IMG/VR virus record: IMGVR_UViG_3300013200_000006
Origin: a virus
Taxonomy: Duplodnaviria; Heunggongvirae; Uroviricota; Caudoviricetes
Reading direction: 5' to 3' (one strand)
Length of the DNA stretch: 64,000 nucleotides
Below, one piece after another: positions 57,822 to 64,000 of the stretch. The notes beneath the pieces are model-generated. The model did not search any database. It was not told where the DNA came from and saw nothing but the letters and a program-made list of their open reading frames with translations. The position numbers and the translations under genes were made by a program. The first letter of the stretch is position 1. Each line of letters begins with the position of its first letter.

Positions 57822-58748
57822 TCAATTCATACGACGAATAGCACCTTCACGAATACGTGACATCTGATCCGCAATACTCGACACAGTAGCCGGAGCAACA
57901 TACACCGACTCCTCACCTTCAAAATTATTACGATACCCCGACAACACCATACCTATCTCATACAAAAACTCCACCTCAAACCGCATGGACGAAATCTTAC
58001 CCGGCGCGGGGGAGAAAAGAACATTAGTGTGCGCCAACTTCTCGACTGACAACAGTTTCGAATAACGCTCAATCATATCCGTTGGAACCTTCTCCTGTGC
58101 CATCAACTGACGCAACTTCCGCATCGCCTTCGACGCATCAGAATCCGCACGAACCAACGACTGTGGCATAGACTCAAACACACTCATCGGCACCATCACA
58201 GGCTTAAACTTACCCGCAGGCCACGACCCCGTCGGATTAATCACATTCAGCAATTCTTCCGCACAATCCTGCAGCATCCCGCCATCAGACCCCTCGCGCC
58301 GGGTGACTACAATACTGTCTCCGGCACGCATAGCAACTGTCACCCCACCGGCATGGCGAGTAATTTGCCAAAAAACACGCGGCACGTCAACCAAAGATGC
58401 TGCAACACCCCAGTCAATGAGTTCCTGGTCAAGTTCCACTTCAATGGGTTCTTTTTCATTAATGAGCAGCAAAGTCCCCCAGAAACTGTACTTATAGTGG
58501 GTAACACCTTCAAAAAGGGCCCGCGCTTGCTCAGTGATCTCACCGTTACTGTCAATTACAGACCATTGACGAAGCTCTTGTTCTACTACTGCGGTGCGGT
58601 CAGTGGGTTCTGCAGGTGCGATGGGGCCGAGGCATGTGGGCATCTCTAGTTGGTTTCGGCCAATGAGCCAGGAGTAGTGGTCGGGGCCGAATTGGTTTTC
58701 AGGGTAGGTCATAAAGCGCGGGGTTCCTTCCAAGCCGTTGAAAGACAA
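57822..58748 (-). CDS. hypothetical protein
   Basis: 308-aa ORF. Confidence 0.45.
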   Translation of the reverse strand: MSFNGLEGTPRFMTYPENQFGPDHYSWLIGRNQLEMPTCLGPIAPAEPTDRTAVVEQELRQWSVIDSNGEITEQARALFEGVTHYKYSFWGTLLLINEKEPIEVELDQELIDWGVAASLVDVPRVFWQITRHAGGVTVAMRAGDSIVVTRREGSDGGMLQDCAEELLNVINPTGSWPAGKFKPVMVPMSVFESMPQSLVRADSDASKAMRKLRQLMAQEKVPTDMIERYSKLLSVEKLAHTNVLFSPAPGKISSMRFEVEFLYEIGMVLSGYRNNFEGEESVYVAPATVSSIADQMSRIREGAIRRMN

Positions 58749-58904
58749 GACGTTTTAACCATACCGCATGGGCCAATGAAGAATACGGAACAAAAGGCAG
58801 AAAGAATTGTTTTTCCCAAACGGTTTTTAGGATTTGCCAAGTGCCCGGCGCGGACATACAATATTGACGTATCCCGATAGTACAGAAAAGGACTACACCC
58901 ACCT

Positions 58905-60029
58905 ATGACTACTACATTCAACCCTAGCAACAAGCACTTCACCGCCATCCGCTCAGCGAACAAGCAGGAATGGAAGCAACAGCGACTTTTCGTACTCACC
59001 GCCACTTCCGCGGCAAAACTCTACCTGCGCCCCACCCCCGCCACCTACCGCGACATCATTGATGATAAGCGCAACCCCAAGGAACTAGGACGCTCCAAGG
59101 CTTTTGACCACGGCCATGAGCGCGAGCCGGAAATCATCAAGATCACCGCGGAAAAACTTGGCCTTAACCTGCTACAAAACGAGCAACTCTGGGTCAACGC
59201 CAAGGATACCCGCTTCGGTGCCACCCCCGACGGCATGGGGTATAAGAGCGTCCTCGATGAGAAGAAGGGCGAAGAAGTCCCCACCTTTGACGGCACCCTT
59301 GTTGAGTGTAAGACCAGCAACACCCGCTTTGGTGGTAAGTCCTTTGAGGATATGGAGCGCCGCCCGTTCCGCTATTTCGAAAAGGATGACAATGGTGACT
59401 ACATTGAAACCACCACCGGCGAGAAGTTCGATGGTGAAATCCCCGGAATCTACTACGGCCAGATGCTGTGGCAGCGTGTCGTTGCTGGTGGTAACGTGCG
59501 CAACCAGTCCAATGTGACGTACTACTGCATGGAAACCCATGAGGATTTCGACCCGAACACGTACGAAATCTCCGTACTGAAAGTGGAATTCACCAAGGAC
59601 GAAATCAACGACATCATCGGCGAAGCAGAAGACTTCTTCAACTCCGACACTGATTTCCAAGAAGCCCAGGAAGAACTCGACAAATACATCGAAATCGTAG
59701 GCCGCGCCGCCGCATTCAAAAAGCACTACGAAGCTGAAGAAGAAAAAGCAAAGAACAAGATCCGCGAACTTACTGGCGCAGGATACGCGGAGCAAGCATA
59801 CGGCTCCGTACAAGGTAAAATCACCGCTTCGTACGAATACCGCAAGACACTGGATAAGGAAAAGGTCGAAAAGCTGCACCCCGGCCTTCTAGACGAATGC
59901 ACCTACTTGAAGGAATCCAGCAGGCCAACGTTGCGGATCACCCCGTCGAAGGACCTGAAGAAGAAAATCGCAGATGATATTAATGCCCAGCTAGGCATCA
60001 ACCCTGATAAGAAAACCGAAGTGAAGTAG
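58905..60029 (+). CDS. YqaJ-like (lambda-exonuclease-type PD-(D/E)XK) recombination exonuclease with C-terminal extension
   Basis: GATPDGMGY...GTLVECKTSN catalytic region; AAAGGACTACACCC RBS. Confidence 0.6.
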   Translation: MTTTFNPSNKHFTAIRSANKQEWKQQRLFVLTATSAAKLYLRPTPATYRDIIDDKRNPKELGRSKAFDHGHEREPEIIKITAEKLGLNLLQNEQLWVNAKDTRFGATPDGMGYKSVLDEKKGEEVPTFDGTLVECKTSNTRFGGKSFEDMERRPFRYFEKDDNGDYIETTTGEKFDGEIPGIYYGQMLWQRVVAGGNVRNQSNVTYYCMETHEDFDPNTYEISVLKVEFTKDEINDIIGEAEDFFNSDTDFQEAQEELDKYIEIVGRAAAFKKHYEAEEEKAKNKIRELTGAGYAEQAYGSVQGKITASYEYRKTLDKEKVEKLHPGLLDECTYLKESSRPTLRITPSKDLKKKIADDINAQLGINPDKKTEVK

Positions 60030-60131
60030 GTTTGTGCGGGCTAAGTACCTCATGTTATGGTGCTTAGCCCGCTTAGTCTGCCCCCGTAAAAGTCTTCTTT
60101 ACTTGTAAGCACAAAAGGACAAAAATCCCCC

Positions 60132-60728
60132 ATGGCACAAACACCTTCAACAGCCCCTATCGTTGACATCACCGGCTACATCCCCGCCCGTGTTGTATCC
60201 CGAGTTGAGTTGCACAGAATCGTTGACCGCATTGAGCGATCTTGCACGGATGAGTGGCTACGTTGGTCGTCTTGTTTTGGTAAAAACTCAGACCTTTTCT
60301 GCGCTCGCGGCTACACGTCCCAGCAAACACCTCACCCCAAGGCGGAGGATATTTGCTCCATGTGCCCGGTAAAACAAATGTGTGCCCAGGAGGCATTAGA
60401 TCACTTAGACGACCACGCCTACAGTGTTATGGGCGGAGTATCTTTGCCCTACACGCCTGCTAAGTCCGCCCGCACACTACGTGAACTAGATGCTGCGTCT
60501 GGCCCAGATAAGGATCGTCGGCGCAAGATTGTGTGGCATGTGTGCATGTCTCTGGCTGCGTTGGAGAAGCGTCAGTTTAATACTCGCTCTGCATGGACAA
60601 TTGTCTCGACTGCGGCTAACTGGTTTATTTTTAACCGTGTTTGTGTTGAGCTGGGTCTAAAAGCACCGAAAAGCCCGTTTATTACTGCTAGTGTGGGATG
60701 TAAGACTCGTCCCAACGCAATGGTATAG
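60132..60728 (+). CDS. WhiB-like (Wbl) Fe-S transcription factor with C-terminal extension
   Basis: four Cys incl. CSMCPVKQMC (CxxCPVxxxC) plus upstream Cys. Confidence 0.65.
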   Translation: MAQTPSTAPIVDITGYIPARVVSRVELHRIVDRIERSCTDEWLRWSSCFGKNSDLFCARGYTSQQTPHPKAEDICSMCPVKQMCAQEALDHLDDHAYSVMGGVSLPYTPAKSARTLRELDAASGPDKDRRRKIVWHVCMSLAALEKRQFNTRSAWTIVSTAANWFIFNRVCVELGLKAPKSPFITASVGCKTRPNAMV

Positions 60729-60740
60729 GAGCAAAAGATT

Positions 60741-61160
60741 ATGGTGACACGTTTATTGGTGCGCACTGAGACGGCGGAATGGACTTCGCAGATTTTTAGC
60801 CGCCGCGGCGATGAAACAGCAAAAGAATTGGGTCGTATTGTAACCCGCCATGTAGAAAACACCCCTTTGCCGTCTACGGGTAAGCCTATGTCGTTTGACT
60901 CGCCTATTAAAGCCCCTCTGACCATGGTGCCGATTCGTGTGGAGGCAACGCAGGCTAATCGTGAGTTGTATGAGATCCCGGAGGGTGATACGGCGGCTAC
61001 GATTGCTCTTATGACATTGGGTCTTGTCATGGCTGAGGAGTATGATGAGGATGATGTTGCTTTTGTGATGGATTCTTTGGCTGATGAGCCGGAGATGTCG
61101 AAGTATCATGGTGTGGGGTGGAAGTATTTTGACCCTCGTACTGATATTCCGCAGGATTAA
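60741..61160 (+). CDS. hypothetical protein
   Basis: 139-aa ORF. Confidence 0.45.
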   Translation: MVTRLLVRTETAEWTSQIFSRRGDETAKELGRIVTRHVENTPLPSTGKPMSFDSPIKAPLTMVPIRVEATQANRELYEIPEGDTAATIALMTLGLVMAEEYDEDDVAFVMDSLADEPEMSKYHGVGWKYFDPRTDIPQD

Positions 61161-61169
61161 GGAGAAGGA

Positions 61170-61526
61170 ATGTATTTTTCTGAGTATATTAATGAGACTA
61201 GGCAGAATGTTCTTGATGCGTTTGCTAATATGCCGCAGCTAGTCAATGAGGACGAGGATTATATTTATAACGTGCTCCTCGAAGATGATTCTGTGACAGG
61301 TAATGGTTCTGGGTCGTATACTGGTAGTGCGCAGGAGGCTCGGGAGAACATTATTGATTGTATGTTCGAGTCTGATCCTATGTCTAGGCTGGAAGAGACT
61401 GGGTTTACTTTGTCCTCGATTGCTGATAATGGCCCAGAGGGTCTAGATGTGCTTTTCCGTTGCAAGGCACTAGAGACGTTGGATATGGAAGAGCTGGTTG
61501 AGGAGTTTAAGTCCCAGAACTCTTAA
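61170..61526 (+). CDS. hypothetical acidic protein
   Basis: AAGGAGAAGGA RBS. Confidence 0.5.
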   Translation: MYFSEYINETRQNVLDAFANMPQLVNEDEDYIYNVLLEDDSVTGNGSGSYTGSAQEARENIIDCMFESDPMSRLEETGFTLSSIADNGPEGLDVLFRCKALETLDMEELVEEFKSQNS

Positions 61527-61594
61527 ACCTTTTTGTTCTTGTGCCTCGGACATTGCCCAATGTTCGGGGCTTTTCGCTTGTACAAGGAGAAACC

Positions 61595-62137
61595 ATGACT
61601 GCTGGCCGACAGGCTATTAGCACCACTAAAAATTGGTGTACGCCCCCACACATTATCGACTCAGTAAAAGAAGTTTTTGGTGGGACAATTGAGCTTGATC
61701 CCTGCTCGAACAGAGACTCAACCGTTGATGCTGACATCGAATACTGTTTGCCACACACCGACGGTCTCAAAGAACCCTGGGACGCGGCCACGATCTTCGT
61801 CAACCCGCCCTACGGCACCGACATGACAACCGGCACGAAAATCCTCAACTGGTTCGAAAAAATCAGCACCGCGGCACACAACGGTTCCGAAGTCATCGCG
61901 CTTGTACCTGTAGCAACAAATACGCGACACTGGAAAGAACATGTATTTCCTGTGGCACAAGCTATTTGTTTCCTTGCCGACTCCAGATTCAAATTCTATC
62001 TCAACGGAAAACAAGACCCTAAAGGAGCACCCATGGCGTGTGCCCTAATCTACTACGGAGATAGATGGGGAAGTTTCGCGGACGAATTCAAACAATACGG
62101 CACAGTTGTACCCCTTATTGACGCCGAATTCAACTAG
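61595..62137 (+). CDS. phage-type DNA N6-adenine methyltransferase (Dam, PF05869-like)
   Basis: WCTPPHIIDSVKEVFGGTIELDPCS and FVNPPYG motifs; CAAGGAGAAACC RBS before ATG 61595. Confidence 0.65.
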   Translation: MTAGRQAISTTKNWCTPPHIIDSVKEVFGGTIELDPCSNRDSTVDADIEYCLPHTDGLKEPWDAATIFVNPPYGTDMTTGTKILNWFEKISTAAHNGSEVIALVPVATNTRHWKEHVFPVAQAICFLADSRFKFYLNGKQDPKGAPMACALIYYGDRWGSFADEFKQYGTVVPLIDAEFN

Positions 62138-62202
62138 CCCGGCGCGCCAAGACCGCAAAAAACATTCCCCACGCTACCCACATACCGAGTAGTATATAGT
62201 CC

Positions 62203-64000
62203 ATGTTTAGCCTCTCACCCCGCAACCTGAAACTTCTTAGCGTCGCCTTTTTTTGGATAGCTCTCGGAGCTGCCATCTGCGGGGCCTCTTATGCCCTCTA
62301 CCGCATTACTACACCCATTGCGGGCACGTCTTATACCACCCCACAAGTAATACTGCGTGCCCTTGTGCCCTTTATTGTTGCAGCACTATGCGGCGTTGTA
62401 TCTAAACTTCTCTACACCGCACAGCCTGACGATAATTATCTTGCGGACATGACCCGAAGTCCCGAGCCCTCGCGTGACATGGAGCCCGCGGTCGCTGACG
62501 AGTATGTAGAAACCTCTCCGCAGCCAGAACCGCCCGCACCACAAGAACCACCCGAGCAACAAGAAACCGAAGAAGACGATGATGAAGAATTCGTCATCGA
62601 TGACACCATGCTTGCTGTACGCAAACAAAAAGCACTCACCCCACGCGACCAAAAATCCCCCCTCGTCCAACGCGTCCAACGAGTCATCCTTCAATCCTAC
62701 AAAGACAAAGCCGTCTTTATGAGCAAAGAAAGCAAATACCCCGAAGACGACCCCAACGCTATCGACCCCGTTGAAATTGTCGTCGCTTCCAGTCGCGCCG
62801 GTGGATTCACAGACGACAAACTCGTAGAAAAAGTCTTCGCCTCTGTCACAAAATCCATCCCCAAAGGCAAAGTCCTATGGTCCATGACAGAAAAAATCGA
62901 CGAAGACCGACTCGTATTCTCCAAGAAAAAACCATTCCCCAAAATGGTCTTCCCTGACCTGCCCGATCATGTTGTCACCAGCACCGACGAAGCCTTCGAC
63001 GATTATGAAAAAATGCGCTTTACCGTTGGCGTAGACGCATTCGGAAACAAAATCCAAATCAACCCCAAAAAGAGCCCCCATGGCCTCGTTGTAGGCGGCA
63101 CCGGCTCTGGTAAATCAGTATTCACCCTCGGCCTTATCGAAGACCTACGCGCCCGCGGGTGGGAAATCGTCATTGTTGACGGCAAACGCACAGACTACAT
63201 CTCTCTCATTAAAGAAAACAACGTCGTTGCTGTCGGCTCCAAAATTGAAGACTGGGTACGCATCGCCCAATTCGTGGAAGAACAAATGGACGCCCGCTAT
63301 GAATTGTCCAAGCGGCGACAAAAGCAAGGCATTGAGCCGAGATTCCCCGCCCCGCCCATGTTATTCCTCCTTGACGAATTCGGCTCCGTTGTCCGCGAGA
63401 TCAAGGGCCGCTACGGCAAACCAGGACTCGATGTATTCAATAATATACTCAAAAACATTGCTGCGAAGGCACGACAAGCAAAAATCCACATGGTTATCGC
63501 CACCCAGGACGTATACAAAAACACATTCGACGGTGACCTTAAAGCCAACCTCAGCTTCATCGTGTCCTTGGGACAGGCTTCTACACGCACCCTCTCGGAC
63601 TCGTTTTCTAACGAAACACGCCCCAAAGCTATCCGCATCGGCCAGTCCATTCAGGAAGAAGATAAAGGCCGCGGCATCATTGAGATCGGAACTGACGAAG
63701 GTAAATCCGTGGTCGAGTTCCAAACCTATTATGCCTACTCGCCCGGCATGCCCCCAGAAACATCCGGCCCTGCCGCGAAACCGTGGGCAGAATACAAAGA
63801 AAAAATCTCCGACAATATCCCTGTACTCTATGACCGCATGTGGTACGAGGAGCCTGAACCCGATGAACTTGCAGCCCTTGATGATATTGAGGTACTTAAA
63901 AACTACCCGTTTGTTCCTTTGTCCAAAAAGGGCAAGCCCATTGAGTCACGACGGACCTATGACGTGTTAGACGACGACTATATCGGCAACCGAGTCACAT
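62203..64000 (+). CDS. FtsK/SpoIIIE-family DNA translocase ATPase (partial, continues past window end)
   Basis: manual translation of frame 1: two N-terminal TM helices, acidic linker, Walker A GGTGSGKS, Walker B LFLLDEFGS, ATQ motif; no stop before 64000. Confidence 0.75.
   Translation, partial: MFSLSPRNLKLLSVAFFWIALGAAICGASYALYRITTPIAGTSYTTPQVILRALVPFIVAALCGVVSKLLYTAQPDDNYLADMTRSPEPSRDMEPAVADEYVETSPQPEPPAPQEPPEQQETEEDDDEEFVIDDTMLAVRKQKALTPRDQKSPLVQRVQRVILQSYKDKAVFMSKESKYPEDDPNAIDPVEIVVASSRAGGFTDDKLVEKVFASVTKSIPKGKVLWSMTEKIDEDRLVFSKKKPFPKMVFPDLPDHVVTSTDEAFDDYEKMRFTVGVDAFGNKIQINPKKSPHGLVVGGTGSGKSVFTLGLIEDLRARGWEIVIVDGKRTDYISLIKENNVVAVGSKIEDWVRIAQFVEEQMDARYELSKRRQKQGIEPRFPAPPMLFLLDEFGSVVREIKGRYGKPGLDVFNNILKNIAAKARQAKIHMVIATQDVYKNTFDGDLKANLSFIVSLGQASTRTLSDSFSNETRPKAIRIGQSIQEEDKGRGIIEIGTDEGKSVVEFQTYYAYSPGMPPETSGPAAKPWAEYKEKISDNIPVLYDRMWYEEPEPDELAALDDIEVLKNYPFVPLSKKGKPIESRRTYDVLDDDYIGNRVT

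Noticed and set aside
53792-58748. Possible type VII (ESX)-like cluster: small helical proteins, an EspG-like 308-aa protein and a downstream FtsK-like ATPase resembling EccC
   Set aside because: No W-x-G motif was found in the small proteins (only KWG). The FtsK-like protein shows a single FtsK domain within the window. The surrounding genes (YqaJ, WhiB, Dam, RusA, PolA) indicate a phage replication module. Similarity was not strong enough to call.

Overview
This ~55% GC window reads as Corynebacterium-like actinobacterial DNA of phage or prophage origin. It is gene-dense, rich in small ORFan and paralogous genes, and carries no housekeeping operons. A recognisable replication/recombination module sits at about 41-64 kb. 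It contains a family A DNA polymerase with 3'-5' exonuclease, a DnaQ-like exonuclease, RusA, a YqaJ-like exonuclease, a WhiB-like regulator, a phage-type Dam methylase and a partial FtsK/SpoIIIE-like ATPase. Four tRNAs are present. Three are packed head-to-tail, and one of those pairs a Leu anticodon (UAG) with a short variable arm. Accessory cargo includes an IS607-family TnpA+TnpB element and a TnpB-only IS200/IS605-like element with repeated end sequences. There are sortase (LAxTG)-anchored repeat proteins, two secreted S1 proteases, an NlpC/P60 hydrolase, an LCP protein and two SPFH proteins. A Fic/Doc protein has a degenerate motif, a Panacea-domain protein sits beside a coiled-coil membrane partner, and a TerD-domain fusion is present. 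The most striking feature is an orphan mini-CRISPR array with type I-E-like repeats, four spacers and a degenerate terminal repeat. It has no cas genes and directly abuts an MmeI-family Type IIL restriction-modification fusion gene. Two paralogous structured RNA candidates with compensatory base changes lie in a 1-kb ORF-poor region. All functional calls are from motif recognition by eye; no database search was possible.
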